A stretch of DNA of 64,000 nt, from assembly GCF_009914755.1 (NCBI RefSeq), contig NC_060925.1, one strand, 5' to 3'. Source of the DNA: the human T2T-CHM13v2.0 reference genome, Homo sapiens. Below, in pieces: positions 40,291 to 55,889 of this stretch (the first letter of the stretch is position 1; each line of letters starts with the position of its first letter). The notes under the pieces were generated by a model that searched no databases, was not told the origin of the DNA, and worked only from the letters and a program-made list of their open reading frames with translations. A program made the translations under genes and the position numbers.

Positions 40291-42571
40291 TTTCCCCTCA
40301 CATATATGAATAAACTCTTATTTTTGTAAGTCAACTAACTTTCACGTCACATGACTTTTAGCGAATATAAGTTTCCAGTTCTATTTTTCAAGGATAAAAA
40401 AAATAGAGAGAGGATTCAGAGGGCTCTGACTAGTTAGTTTTACTTCACAATCCTGCCAGTGGACAGGAGTCGTTTTAATCGCCTCACCAGTAACTAAAAT
40501 GAGAGCTGCACAGAGCACCCAGGTACATCATCTTTTACGCAACAGGATTTTGCCACTGCAACCAACGAGGATACTATTAGCACAGATGTTACCACTAATG
40601 CATAGGGCAGGCAGATTCTATTCTGTAGACATGTTTCCTGCTCTTCTATTCCCATCTCCATGATCCAGCTAGTTTCTAGGGACGGGCATGTCTCTCTTCA
40701 GGTTCTTTAGTTTGCTTATATCTATGAAAAGGCAGACTAGATCTCATCTACAAGAATTATACTAATAACAGCTCTAGACACTATTGCATATGAGGTTCAG
40801 ATGGGAACCACCATGATATGCAGCCTAAAGGAGAAAAGACTTGGGTGGATATAATGTTATTGAAAATGTTATTGGAAGGATGATAAATTAGGTTAACGAC
40901 AGCCCCCAAGGAAGTAGAATAAGAATGTTGAGTAGAAGTTACTAGGAGATATTTTTGACCAATCTAAGAAATCACATTCTAAAAGAGGTATCTAAAGATG
41001 GTATAGCTTTGTCTGAGACGTAGTAGTTTCCGTAACACTGAAGGTATCAGACATGGGTTAGATGAACACTTGGGGGAATATTACAAAGAATATATTGATA
41101 CTGGCTATATAGTAACACTAGATTATTTTTACATGTTTTGCAACCCTGAGAGGATGTGATTCCAGTTTTGCATGGCCACGTGCTTGGGATCCCTATGTCC
41201 CCTACTATAACACACCCAGTCTTCACCCTCCGTTGTCTCCATTTTTACTTTCTCCAACTTGTAAGACTGATTCTTATTTTAATTTTTGTCTTCTAGTCTG
41301 AAATTGTATCATTTAAAGGAGATAGAGTCCTCCTCTGCTGTCCATATTCAGCATTCAGTAAACCTTTAATAATACAGTATACAAAAACAGATAGTTTTAT
41401 AGGAGAAGAGTGTTTTGTACAAGCTAGGTACTCCATCAATGTATTCATGCATCTGAAATGCACATCTATAAAATACATAAAAATACAAAGTGTTCAGTTA
41501 TAAATTTAGTAAACCATAATTTCTTAGAATTTCAGAGTTGTTTGCATTAATGAAAATTTTGAAAAAAATAAATTACTTGGATGAGATCATTTGAGCTAAG
41601 CAATTTTTTCCAGAACCAGAAAAAAAACCCTACATAATTGGACCTATTAATAATAGGATGAAGGGATTTGGGGAGGAGGTCTAGGAAATGTTTTTACAGG
41701 TAAACATGAATTTTCGTAATATCTGTAATTCATCTAGAGTGTCTTAACCTCCTTACACATGGACATTTCTTTAAAGATAACCAGGAAACTAAGCTTTTAT
41801 CTAGAATCAGAAAAACACTGATTTGAAAATATATTAATGCTAAATAATTGGGTTTTATAAGTCTTACTAATACATGTAATCAGGTTTGTATGAATCCAGT
41901 TAGTCCTGAATGAAGCAAGCACAAATTATACAAACCATTTCTACTCAGATTATACTTAATAACAATTCTTTTATTTAAATTTTATTAACTTAAGAGCTTC
42001 TTCTTAATAAAACAATAGATAAACATTTACCTATTTCATGAAAGCCAAATATAACACCAGGCCACACAGTAATTTCTAGATGTTCCCATGGATCAGGAGT
42101 GAGTAGAGCCAAGCCTACAAAAAATGTCTGGACTGAGGGAAGAGGTATCCTAACGTCCTCATAAGAAGCTTCCTGATTGTTTCTCACAATTGTCAGGACA
42201 CTGCTAGGACACAGGTTGGTAGTTAAGCCCTGGAGTCACGCTACAACTAATTACATTTCTATGTATTTCTAGTTCTATATATTTGTATATGTTTCTAGTT
42301 GTATATTCTATATATTTCTAGTTGTAGAGTGGAGTCACTCTACCACTAATTATATTTCTTATTATGACACAGCTGTAACTCGTAGCTCCTAGGTACCTCT
42401 TTAAGTTACGTTTTGGTTGTTGTTGTTTAAAACTGTTGAGGTAAGAAGCAATCAGAGTTAGTGAGGGAGGAGAAGACAAATATAAAGTCTCAAGTAGAGA
42501 AGGTGTTGAATATTATAAGTTTTTTTTCTTGATAGGCAACAGATTTTTCATATCCATTAAAACTTGCTTAC

Positions 42572-42716
42572 CTGCTGCTAAAGTTTGTCCTGCTCCCGAA
42601 GCACTGGTCACACAACCAACTGAATTGCAGAGAGTAATAGTAAACTCATATATCCTATAAGGTTTCAGTCCTTCTACAGTGTAAGATAGTTCTTGGGATT
42701 TAGCAGTGTGCAACAG
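42572..42716 (-). CDS. USH2A: USH2A exon 20 (145 nt): LLHTAKSQELSYTVEGLKPYRIYEFTITLCNSVGCVTSASGAGQTLAA
   Basis: (TTTC)n polypyrimidine tract and AG acceptor, GTAAGC donor, FN3 motif LKPYRIYEF. Confidence 0.96.
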
Positions 42717-44758
42717 CTTCAAGGCAAAAAAGAAAGAAAGAAAGAAAGAAAGATAATAGGTAATCAGTGTGAAAATATAACCTTGGCAGTCAAAGTTCCA
42801 TGAATTCAGACAGAGGGAATTATTGCCAACCACCATTAGGAAAAGGGTTTTTTTTTTTTTTTCTGAAGAGTCTCGACAAGCCAGGATTTAATTGATTATT
42901 GTACAATCACACTGTTTTATGAGGTAATAATCCAGTTCCTGAGTGGATAAATGAGAAAACCAAGTTATTGCCTCATAAAGCAGCATGGTGGTATGGTTAT
43001 TGTCACCAATGGTAGAGATAAAGACGGTGACATTGTCATTGTTATCATGATAAAGTCCAAACAAAGCCATGGGGCTTGGCCAAAAGTAACCCAGAGCAGT
43101 AATACCCAAGCTATTTGATGGTGCTAGGACAGAAAGAAATGCCGTTGCTATGTTAAATCGATACTATCATTTTCTTTATGAAAAAAAGTCACAGAAGAAA
43201 AAGGGGAAAAAATTAAACATTAAGCATATTACTGAGCATCCACGTTAAGTCAATTCTCAATCATCTTTCTTATATAAACAAACATATAAAGATTAGATCA
43301 AACAGTTACGTTATTTGAAATATTATCTTTATCATATAATTTCAAATGAAAATAGCAGATTTGAGCAAAGAAGACTGACAGGAAACTCACAGTCCATAAA
43401 TAAATTATTAAACAATTAACATTGAGAGTTGGTTCTGTCATTATAATTTGAAGTGATCAAAAGCAACCATGTAAATTTGTTTAGGTTGTAGGTACAAAGG
43501 CCACTAGAAATTATATTCAGAAAATAAAAGTCATTAAAACAGAGAGTATGACAGTAACTATGAGTACAAAACTAATTTTCTTAGGGCTACTGATACATAG
43601 TCATATAAAATAATCTTCCATAAATATAAATACAGATAAATGTAAAGTTCAGTAACATTTGGAGTAGTTTTCTAGAGACTTTCTCTTTAGGGGTAAAATA
43701 AAATTCATTTGGAATATTTGCCTAGGTGTTGACTTTAAAATTTCGTAAGTTACATGAGTTGTTCTAAAAAGCAGTGAGATTGGAATGTAGAATACAGTGT
43801 TTCAATAACATTCAGAAATAAAGGTGTTTTTAAAGATTCTAAAACTCTAGGAATAATTTAAATTTAAAACTTTAAAACCATTTCCTTGCAATTACATTTT
43901 GAAATAAGAAAAACATCAAATACCAAGTAATTCTTTATTTTTCTAATTTTAAAATCATTATTGATATAATGAAGATACAAACTTTTCTGTGAAATGTGAT
44001 TTAAAATTTTCTAAGTAAAATAAACCTTGAACTGAGTTAAACTTATGAATATTGCTGTAATATTCATCCCTTTTAGAATAATCCTGGTAGATTTCAATGT
44101 AAATTTTTAGAAAATGGTATTGTTTTTAGGATAAAGTACATGAAGCTATTTCTTATTTAATTTAGGAAGTACAACTATTTTTTAAGCAAAATATTCTTTG
44201 TAGCAAGAACCCACGATGAAATAAAATAAGAAAGAAGAAATCTACACTAATATTTATTTTGAAAAGGCTTTTCCTTCTTTACAGATGATTATTATAAATT
44301 ACATTATTTTAAAAATACATTATTGGCCCCAGAACTTGCAGCATAAAATTATCACTTGGATAGACTTTGTCTTTATCATGTACATAGAGTCAATTTATAA
44401 GTCTTATAAAATCTATCTAATTGAAAGTTTTTCATGAAATAAGTCTTCAAAGGGGTAGGAAAAATTCTACAGCAGCTTGATCCCCCACAATGAATCCTAC
44501 ATCATCACCACTTTTACGTATCCCCCCTGTCTCATTCTTAGGCAAAGGTTTCTTACTAGTTATTTTTATAGTAGATTTTCCCTGGGAATTTTGGCTATTT
44601 ATTTACAAAGATTATAACAAGACATACTCAGGTCAGTTCAGATACAAATTTAATCATTGAGAAGGTAAAAAATTGGACTTTGTTCTGCTACTTTTGATTT
44701 CATTTCCTTGAACAGAGAATATTTGCACAGGAGAGAGAGTTCAAAAGAGAATAAGGTA

Positions 44759-45088
<330 letters not shown>

Positions 45089-45845
45089 CTATGTCCTTAT
45101 TCCAGTTCAGCCATAAGGAACAGCCTTTTAAATAACAACAACAATAATAAAAATATTTATTTTCCTGCCCCATTAAATGATAGCTAGTTTATAAAGTATA
45201 ATGTAGTTCCACACCATTAATAATAATCACTAATAATAATGTGTCAATATTTATCAGGCTCTTTAAGCAGGTAGGTGAGCAAAAATGGTTTTCCCATTTC
45301 ACAGATGAATAAAACCAGAAGCAGAGAGACGTGTGATACAGCTAATAATTGGGAGATGTGGAATATGAACAAACAGGTTGACTTCTAAGGCTGTATTTTA
45401 TAAATAATATTTCTCACCTTATTTTTTTCTTAGAACAACAACTACTATAATATAAGTAATAGATAAATCAAAACTGTGTTTTACAAAGAAAGAATAGTTT
45501 ATAAAGCCAGAGAATAGTAAAAACAACAAAATAAAACATTGAGTATAAATGAGATACAACATGGCAAAGACCACATGAAAGTTACAACTAACTTTACCTT
45601 AAATCCCATGGTATACCAGATCGGTAGACTAACCTGTTTAAGTCAAAATATATATATTATGCCAGTTGTGTATTCATCATGAGATAATTGCAAATGAGTG
45701 AACACGTAGACAGATTAATGAAAAATAAGTAATCATAAATTATTTATTGGCTCTTCTTTTTCATCAGTATAGAAAATAAAATTGTGTGTTGTACATGGGT
45801 TCTGGTCTCCTAAAAAGGCTTAGAAAAAAATGGCAAACCTATTAG

Positions 45846-46230
45846 TAGTGGATTGTATAGTGTCTCCCAAAAATTCAGAATAAGACCTTGTTTGGAAATA
45901 AGGTCTTTGCAGATGTAATTAATTAGTTGTCATCCTGGATTTCAGGTTAGCTTAAAATCCAATGACTGGTATTTTTATGGGAGAAATGAGACGGACACAC
46001 AGACCCAGAGGAGACAGAGACACAGAGTAGGACTTGTGAAGACAGAGGCAGCAGATATTAGAGTTATGTTGCCACAAGCCAAGGAACACCAGGAGCCACA
46101 GGTAGGTAGAAGAGAAGAATTGTCTCCTAGAGCCTGTGGGGGACCTGGCTGTACTAACACCTAAATTTCCGTTGTTTTAAGACACTCAGTTTATGTTAAT
46201 TTGTTACACCAGCCCGAGGACACAAATACT
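45846..46230 (+). mobile_element. MLT1 (MaLR) LTR
   Basis: gaccttgtttggaaataaggtctttgcagatgtaatt…ccacaagccaaggaacacc…aatttgttac is MLT1 consensus-like. Confidence 0.8.
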
Positions 46231-46249
46231 CTAGGGTACAAAGGTCTGA

Positions 46250-48240
46250 CTTCCTAGCTTAATTTGAGATAAGCTAAGAGGGTCATTTCAGCTCCAGAAC
46301 TACCCACGGAATCCGCTGAGGCTGCTTCCACTATTGCATCACAGTTCAGCTTCTTTGCTGCTCAATCCTACATACTTTATCACTTCACATTTGTTGTTTC
46401 TGAAAGAGTTCCCCCAATAAACCTCCTGTACTCAGTCCTCTACCAAGAGTCTGCTTCCGGGGGAATTTGCCCTAAGATAGTCGTAACAGGACTGGCCCTA
46501 GGAAGGAGACTCTAAAATGATATTTTGGAGCTCCATCATCCACTTGCTGGTTTACAATGATCTCATCATAGACAGCAGGTAGAGTACTAACAGTCCACAG
46601 CATGCCCTAGTGGTGCAATGCTTAAACTTCCATTAGTGGTGAACTGCGATGAGTTACCAGTAGAAGGTAATTCACTGGTTTGGTGGAATTAGTAATTACA
46701 AGGACTACTCTGGGGAAACTAGTAATTATAAGGACAATGCATGGATCTTGCTGGTCGCCATCAATGCACTGAAGAAAGACAAAGGAAATCTGAGGGTGAT
46801 TAATCACCAATTTAAGACAAACTATAAATGCCACCTTGACAGTATTCTTTATATCGATAGCATCATATTAAATGAATCAGACAAACAAGAAATGGTAGGT
46901 ATGCAGAGGTAAGACATATGTGTTCTAGAAAGTGAGACAGCAATATTATGAAGATTAAGGAATCTACCATATCAGTGAAGTTTTTAGGAGTTCAAGTGGC
47001 CTGAGACATGCTAGGATATCCCCTCCAAAATAAAGGACAAATTATTGCACCTTGCTTCTACCACCACTAAGAAGGAAACAAAATGTCTAGTTGACCTCTT
47101 CACATTCTGAAGGGAGCATATTCCACATTTGAGAATACTGTTCTGAGAAATTTACTGAGTAATATGGAATGCTGCCAGTTTTGAGTGCATCCCAGAGGCG
47201 GAAAGGGCTCTGCACCAGGTCCAGCCTGTGGTACAGGCAGATGAGCCACTTGGGACATAACATGTAGTAATTTTTACAGCACTAGAGGTAAGCATTGTGG
47301 GAAAAAATGTTGCAAGGCACACATAGAAAGAGAATCACAGGGCAGATAGACCCCAAGAGCTTGGAACAAAGGCATAACATGTAATGGAAACTATATACCA
47401 TTTGCTAAATGGCCCTAGCACGCTTTCAGGCTTCAGTAAAAACAGAACATCTGGTCATGGAACACCAAATAGCCATGCAGCTAGAGCTACTTTTTTATAA
47501 TCTTGGAATTGTCTCAGCCAAGTCTTGAGGTTAGAAGGGCCCAACAGAAATTCATCATAAAATGGAAGTGGATGTCTGAGATTGGGTATAAGCAGAGCCA
47601 AAAGCCGTAATACATTGTGCAAGCAGGTGGTTCAGGCCCCCATGACATCCACCATTCTTATACTGGTGGCTCAACCTCAGCTCATACCTATGACCCATGG
47701 GAGGTCCCTTAAGAGCTGAAAGAATGTGGAAAAAAAGCAGAATTTAGTTTACAGATAGGATGTCTTGGTATGTGGCTGCAAGTCTAAATGGTAGCTGTTG
47801 CTCTAAAACCCTTGTCAGAGATGACCCTGTGAAACAGCAGAGCGAAGAAATCCTCTTAGTGGGCAGAACTTCAGGCAGTTCACCTGGTCACCCATGTTGT
47901 GTGGAAAGAGACGTGTCTCAAGGTAAAATGTACCTGGACAATATGGCAGTGGCTTGGAAATATTGGCCAAGGGCATGAAAAAAAAAGATGGAAGGATCAG
48001 GAACTAGGAATTCATGGAAAGAAAAATGTGGCTAGATCTATGGGAGTAGGTATAAAGTGTAAAGATCTTTTTATCTTATGCTAATGCCCAGAGAAGAGCA
48101 TCTCTCTCAGAGGAGGCACTGAACAGCCAAATACACAGAAGAACTTGTTCGGTTGACATCCTTCCATCAGCTTCTGCTATTGGCCACCTGGATGCTGGTA
48201 AAATGGGCAGAGAGGTATATCAGCCACAACTGTAAACTGG
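46250..48240 (+). mobile_element. ERVL-class remnant: LTR (LTR16-like) 3' part plus internal pol fragments
   Basis: LTR end cccaataaacctcctgtac…ccctaagata. Degenerate pol text around 46950-47140 resembles ERVL SVKFLGVQW…IPSKIKDKLLHLA…TTKKE…HIPHL. Confidence 0.7.
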
Positions 48241-48901
48241 AGAGAACAAGAGCCTCCTATCCTCTAGGATTGCTGTATGTATCAGATGAATTAGTTCACG
48301 TACACAGTAAAGCCTCAGTAACTTTTAGCTATGATAATTATTCTCACTACTGCTAGCTGGGGGATGAATTACTAGAAGGCAATATATGACTGTATATTCA
48401 AAACTTTGAACATATTCATAATTCATTTTGTTATAAGCTGTGATAAATTCAATTCTTCAGATTTTTGAAGTAGAAATGTATATGAAATGTACATATAAGA
48501 AGTTTTATCAATGTTATTTATATTTCCAAAAGAATTAATACAATACAATATCAACTGAGTGTGGACTGGTTAAATAATTATTGTGTGTCCAAATAACATG
48601 ATAGTACACAGTTAATGAAAGTCAACTTCATGTAAAATATTTAAGGATACATGATAAATGGAAAAAAAACAAGTCTTATGAAATAAATTATACCAACTTA
48701 GTTTCAATATATGATTATACTGGAAAAATACAAGTGACATACAAAGAGGGAGGCTTGTACACATAATATTATATTAAGAAAAAATGCCCTGTTTAATCAA
48801 TATAGAGGGAGAATTCTGTCACAGAATTCTGCAAACTCAAAAAATGTCCAAATGAAGCCCTAAGCCAATTCTGAAAGGACATTAGTTAAAAATAACAATA
48901 C

Positions 48902-49071
48902 CTGTGAAAACGCCATGGGAATAGACTGTTGAGGTGATTGTTCAGAAAGCATATTGATGTCATACCCCACAACTTTTCCTCTTGTAACATTATCTGCTGG
49001 CTTCTCCCAGGAGATATTGAGAGAGTACGAAGAGAGGGGAAAGACTGAAGGAGGGATCATGAATACAGGTG
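48902..49071 (-). CDS. USH2A: USH2A exon 19 (170 nt): APVFMIPPSVFPLSSYSLNISWEKPADNVTRGKVVGYDINMLSEQSPQQSIPMAFSQ
   Basis: AG acceptor at 49073-49072, CAG|GTATTG donor, N-terminal half of an FN3 domain. Confidence 0.96.
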
Positions 49072-50663
49072 CTATCAATGAGAACAATAACAATAACATC
49101 AAAACAATGAATGTTGTCCCTATATATTTTTAAATTGAATTCACACATTCATTTAGTTTCTGAAATACCTTTACCTTTTAAAATATTCTGCTTTGAAAAA
49201 GTCCAAGAATATGCTGGTATATGTAAAAGGTATTCACTTTTTAAAATGTTATCTGAAAGTATATTCTCCATCTTCATATTACCAGCTACTTTCTACTTGC
49301 AAAATAAAAATCTCATAGGAATTTGCTCATGTTCATAAAGATAGGAAAGTGGATAGATAGGAAATTATAAGTCTTACGAGTATCTAAAAAACGTCACAAA
49401 AATAGAACATCTCAGTTCAAAAAGTTCAGAAAAATGCATGGTGATGTACTGGATTTCCCATGTAGGGAAATATGTCATTGAGCCAATCCAATGCAGCTGG
49501 CTGAATATTATTCTTCAGAAAGAGGTAAACCTAAAGCATTCTAAATAACCCCAATGAATGTCTCAAAGTTTTTGTTAAATTTTTCTTGAAATGTTCAGGT
49601 TACATACACATGCATTTCCCTTTCCCCCCTGCCACTCCTGAGCTCTTTACAGGGATTTTAAATGTGCTAACCAAAGGTGTATTATCAAAGGAACTCATTG
49701 CACTTTCATTAGCTAGTGACCCATAAGATTACGAGGGACCAGTATTGCAGTTTCACCCATTACTTTTCATTTCTGACCCTGATTTTCCCCTTCCAGAATG
49801 CCATGCCTCATCACTTGTGCTATCATGGCTCTATTATTTGTCCAAGATGGCTGGTAGTCATTAAGAGATGCTCAAGCACAATGCGTATTTTATTCATGAA
49901 ATGATTCCCTTGGACATCAACCTAAAGCTACCCTCATCCTCCATATTCCTAACAGGTCAAGTTTAGATCAGGGTTTGGGTTTCTTTGATATCTACAGATT
50001 AAACACATAACAAAAGTGTATTTTTTTTCTTAAAGGCTCATGAAATTTGAAGTGTTTTAATATAAAAAATAAAGTGGAGGATTAAAAATTTTTGCCTTAA
50101 TGAAGATAATCCAGAAAATTTAGATATGTTGTCCTCCTTCCTTATCATCATGCCAACTGCTTACAAGCACACTTGTGAATTATAGATTTTGATGTCCACG
50201 ATTCTGTCATTATGTACAATCTAGTATCTAAACTATTTATTTTGGAAAGATAAATAAAAACAAAGACAAATTTGTGGAATTGGTGACAGTTATCTCTTTC
50301 ATTGAACATAAATTAGGCTGTATATGGAGCAAGATGAGACATGTGTCCAATCCACTTCAGGAGTGGAAACCAAATGCTATTTTTGACAAACATTCCCAGA
50401 AGACTATAACTATAGTTAAGCCATTTTCGCCCCATGAATTAATAACTAAAGCATTTACTTTTGCCCCCTAGAACTTGCTGCAAGTACTTTATGACCTTGA
50501 GTTGTTTATGTAACAAATCCATATATATGAAAATTTTCCTTGGTCTATGGAAGTTTCTAATTCTTGCTTTTCAAAATGTACTTTCACAGTACTTTGACTT
50601 TAATTTGAGGAAACATTTGCATTCAGAGGTTTTAAAAGTAGAATTTAAAACATTGATCTTTAC

Positions 50664-50933
50664 CTGATTCTCCCGTTCTTTCTGAGACCCAGGCAGAAGA
50701 CACACTTCCAGCCATATTCACAGCTAAGACTCTGAACTCATACTTGGTGTATGGCTCCAAGCCAGTGATGGTTGTCATTGTTTGAGGAGGTTTTAATGCA
50801 TTTTCATTGGCCGATTCTACAAATGAATGAGGACTGAGCCAACCACTGCTCTGAAAAACTCGACTTTCCTCAGATGTGGTTTCTTTAGTAGATCTCAGTC
50901 TTCTCATGTATAGTTCATATCTTATAATTATTC
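50664..50933 (-). CDS. USH2A: USH2A exon 18 (270 nt): GIIIRYELYMRR…GLEPYTKYEFRVLAVNMAGSVSSAWVSERTGES
   Basis: AG acceptor, GTAAAG donor, FN3 motif LEPYTKYEFRV. Confidence 0.97.
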
Positions 50934-51975
50934 CTAGAGACATTAAATAGTGAACCTACGTAACTCATCAGACAAAGGGGTTACTTTAGGGGTAGGGTAG
51001 GGACAGGTCAGTTAAAGAGTGCTGGATATTCATTGTCTTTCTAATTAGATTACTGTCAATTTCTTTAGCATTCAAAATGTAGTGATTTAGTAGTTTAGTA
51101 ATCTAGATGACAGGTACATAGAAGACAACAAACTGCTATATAGATGAATGTATAAAATACTATTAAAGGCATACTCATGAGGAAAACAAACCAAAATGGA
51201 TAACACATAGACAAAAAATAACTACACTTTATCATAGGTAAATTCAATCTTTTTCAGAATTGATATTCACAATTTCTGTTAAGAATGGCCAGTTCTTTTG
51301 GGGAATTTGATCATTATAGCTCCAGTCTGTATCCTTTCAAATTTGGAGGTTTTAATTTAACTTGTTTAACATAAGCCCTGTTTGCATAAATGTTATAGTC
51401 AATCTCTACCCAGTTTTACCAAATAACTTTACAAATCTAAAGAAAGATTTTGCTATAATATGTACATGATATAAATGATTAAAAATCTGTGAATGTGTGT
51501 CTGGCCTATATAACCAAGGGTTCAAATGCATGAATGCAAAAATTAACTTAATGGAGTCAGTTAGCTTATATACATATTTTTTGTATCATTTTATATCTTT
51601 TTCTTGCTTAGAAGAGAAAAATGTACTGCTTGTGGGTGCCCTAACTTGTGACACAGTCAAATATAATGCATTTCATAAGTGAGTTTCAAATTATAAACAT
51701 CATTTGTGTTATGGCAGATGTCATTAAGAGCAAAGATAATATTAGCCTTTTAAGGGGCAATTTAATTGAATGGAATTTGTTATTAGATTAGAAGAAATAC
51801 ACTTGTTCCACTAACCAGGACAAATACTATCTTATATCTTTAGAAACTGTTTCTCAATTATTATATTGTGCAGTTATAAAAAGGAATACAACTGCCAAAT
51901 TCCTAATTGCACAATTACAATAGATTCTCATTCATGTCTTGACCAAAAAGGGGAATCTCAGCCTTGGATTCTTAC

Positions 51976-52470
51976 CATTTAGTTCCGCTGGTGGAGACCA
52001 TTCTACATGAAGTTCTGTAGAACTGATTTTCTGCATCTTAGGTGGACTTAGTCTTTGGGGAGGGGCCTGGGCTGTGGTCACTGTAATGGGCAAGCTGTGT
52101 AAACAGCCCCCGCTAGTACACGCCTGTACAGAAAAATCGTACTTGGCAAATGGAACCAGATTCCAGATGGTAGCTGAGGTTTCATGACCTTCGTAGGAAA
52201 CACATGGCTGACCACCAGCCAAAGGGGCACAGGACAAAATATATTTCTCTATGGGACCAGATTGATTTGAGAGTGTTGTCCAGGTAAGTGTCACAGAGTC
52301 TGAGCCAATAGGAATGATATAACTTAAAGTCAAGTTTCCCTCTGGGACCCCTGGTTTTGTCTTGTAAGTGACAGCTACACTCCTTGTTGAACCATGCACA
52401 TTGGTGGTCTCAATGTAATAGGAATATTTGGTATATGGTAACAGGTCTGTGTCTAAGAAGTATTGAATAC
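51976..52470 (-). CDS. USH2A: USH2A exon 17 (495 nt): IQYFLDTDLLPYTKYSYY…LVPFAKYDFSVQACTSGGC…WSPPAELN
   Basis: Long poly-T tract with CAG acceptor, GTAAGA donor, FN3 repeats. Confidence 0.97.
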
Positions 52471-53295
52471 CTGAAATGAAAAGAAAAAAAAAAAACAAAG
52501 TTACATTTCACAAGTTGGTGAAGAATCATTGCTAACTGCTTTCCTATCATATTATTTAATTACATAAACTATACCAATCTACTCTTTTGATTAAGGATAC
52601 ATTTCATATTTTTAAAATTGAAATAATGTAAATACCGGTTGATTGCTTTTATTATTGAGTATAAGAAAGTATCATTCATAATAAAGAATGTTTAGATGTT
52701 TGTTTTAGTTCTTCTTTTGCTTTTCATAGTGTCCTTTTGTTAGAAGGTCTAAGAGAAAGTCCTTGCGGTTCTCCAAAACAGAAAAGTAACTATGTTTCCT
52801 CTATGTAACTGGTTTGCTTGTTAAACACTAAACACACCAGACTAAGGGTCAGTAAACTACCACCAAGGGGTAAATCTGTCACCTGGCCAACATCTTGAAT
52901 GGAAAATTTTCTTATTTTCTGACCTACAGAAATTATAAATGTTTATTGTTTTAAGCTGCTAAATTTTGGAGACATTTGTTATCAGCAATGAGGAATTTAC
53001 ACAACAGAAGTTTTAGATAAGCAGGACTTCTATGCATGAAGGATTGTGAGGGCAAAGAGAAGCAGCTACAAAGAGGTTTTTAAAAAATAAGATAGGGAGT
53101 GGAGGTGATTAGGCACATGGCTGGAAATCCTTGTTCTCTAAGGACAGGAAACACACTGTAGGACTGCGAAACACACAAATACCAGAGTGGCTGCTGCCTG
53201 CTCCGCCATGGGGCTGTTTGCATTGGAGATGCGAGGAGGGTTCCATTAAGCAGGGGTGCCCTATAGCAATATGAAGGTCCCAGCATATTTATGTG

Positions 53296-53404
53296 CTTCC
53301 CCTTCCCCTTCCCCTCCCCCCATCCCTCCCTCCCTCCCTCCCTCCCTCCCTCCCTCCCTTCCTTCCTTCCTTCCTTCCTTCCTTCCTTCCTTCCTTCCTT
53401 CCTT

Positions 53405-53406
<2 letters not shown>
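53296..53406. repeat. Compound (CCCTT)/(CCCT)n/(CCTT)n microsatellite
   Basis: Direct reading. It sits where the retrocopy's poly(A) tail would be. Confidence 0.95.
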
Positions 53407-54176
<770 letters not shown>

Positions 54177-55470
54177 TTTTACTTTCTAAGTGGTACAGAA
54201 AACTCTAAAGAATATAGGAATAGAAGAGACAGGGGAAAGTCACCATCCTTAGTGCTAAGGCAGAGCACCCAAAGAAGGATCATATTTGGAAAAGTCCCCT
54301 AGGGCTGAGATTCAGACTTTCTAGAGAGCGTGCAGCTGTGGCTCATTGTTATTTCAATAAATATTTACTAGATTAGATTAAAGTTACCCTTATCCCACAA
54401 TAAGGTTGTTGAAAACATTAACAAAATTTGAAAAATCACTGAAGGCTAGAACAACGATGGAAAATAATTTAGCATGCCAAAAGCCAAAACCTAAAAGAAA
54501 AAAATAAATTTCAGTGCTGAATATTCCAAAAGATTGTCTGGCATAAGCTTAAACTGGAAGTTGGAAGACTTATAACCTGATGACAATTAAAAGAAGTACA
54601 GTACTTGCTGAATGTTTGTAGCATCTGAAAAGTGGAATATAATCCTAATAGATCAGAATGTATTATACAAGAGCAGTCTACTTAATAAGAAATTAGAATC
54701 AGATAGAATTGGGATGGAAATATGCATTTGTGTAGGAATATCATATAAGGCAATTTATAGTGTGAAAGATATAAAAGCATTTGAAAGGGTATGAATAGGA
54801 TATCCATTAATGATCCATAACAAAAAAATAATACTCAGGTTAAAAGAGTGCTTATCTCAAGGTAGTTGCTCTCCTTGGTTGGGGTACGGATCTTTAACAC
54901 TGAATTTGAAAATTTGCTGTTACTACAGACTTCTGCATTTTCAGAGAAACATTTACAGTCCTTGGCTCAGCACTGATTTGTGATCTTGGCTGATACCCTC
55001 CTGGTTTGTAGCACTCCCCCATTGTACCACTTACCAAAGCTACATGGAACTGCCCATGATTGCTGAATATACCTTATTTTCTTTTAATACAAAATTTATT
55101 TCATGACCATCACGCTTCCTCAACTACAGTATCTGGCTAATTCAGCTTATATTCTTTCTTTACTGGGAAACTTTCAGTGGTTCTCCATCACATCATTGCC
55201 ACCACAGGCATGGTTACATTTCCTACACCTCCCAAGCCACCGTGTGCTTCCTTAACACCCCAAGTTTACTCTGCTTCAACATTTATATATTCTATTGTTA
55301 CTTTGGTTTACTTATATGTCTCCCCACTCAGTAAGGAGAACTATTCCTTTCATCTTTGTATTTCTAATGACTGATACAGTTTCTGGTCTGGAATAAGCAC
55401 TGAACAAAATTTTATTAAACACATGAATGATTTTTCTATACATATTTGATCTATTGTTCCAGGAAAGAAT

Positions 55471-55889
55471 ATAGTAGTCCCCTCTTATCCACAGGAGATA
55501 CATTCCAAGATCTCCAGTGGATTCCTAAAACAACAAATAGTATTAAACTATATATATATACACACACATACATATATGTATATATATACACATATACACA
55601 TATATATACATACATATATATGTGTGTATATATACTGTTCTTTTTCCTATACATACATATCTATGATAAAGTTTAATTTATGTTAGGCAGAGTAAGAGAT
55701 TAACAACAATAACTGAAAATAAAATAGAACAATTATAACAATATACCCCAATAATAGTTATGTGAATATGGTCTTTCTCTCTCTCTCAAAACATCTTATT
55801 GTACTGTAGACTCACCTATTTTTGGAACATTGTTGACCATGAGTAACAAACTGCAGAAAACAAAACCATGGATAAGGGGAAACTACCGC
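55471..55889 (+). mobile_element. MER44-like (Tigger) DNA transposon with internal (TA)/(CA) low-complexity expansion at about 55549-55633
   Basis: Terminal inverted repeats tagtagtcccctcttatccac…atggataaggggaaactaccg. Confidence 0.8.

Noticed and set aside
51932-52498. ORF-track extents of the FN3 ORFs (also 42513-42836, 48860-49102, 50632-50943, 59422-59859) as stand-alone genes
   Set aside because: They are spliced USH2A exons with intronic overhang. The true limits are set by the GT-AG sites.
55446-55676. ORFs rich in YI/YT/YV on both strands
   Set aside because: They derive from the (TA)/(CA) low-complexity expansion inside a MER44-like element.
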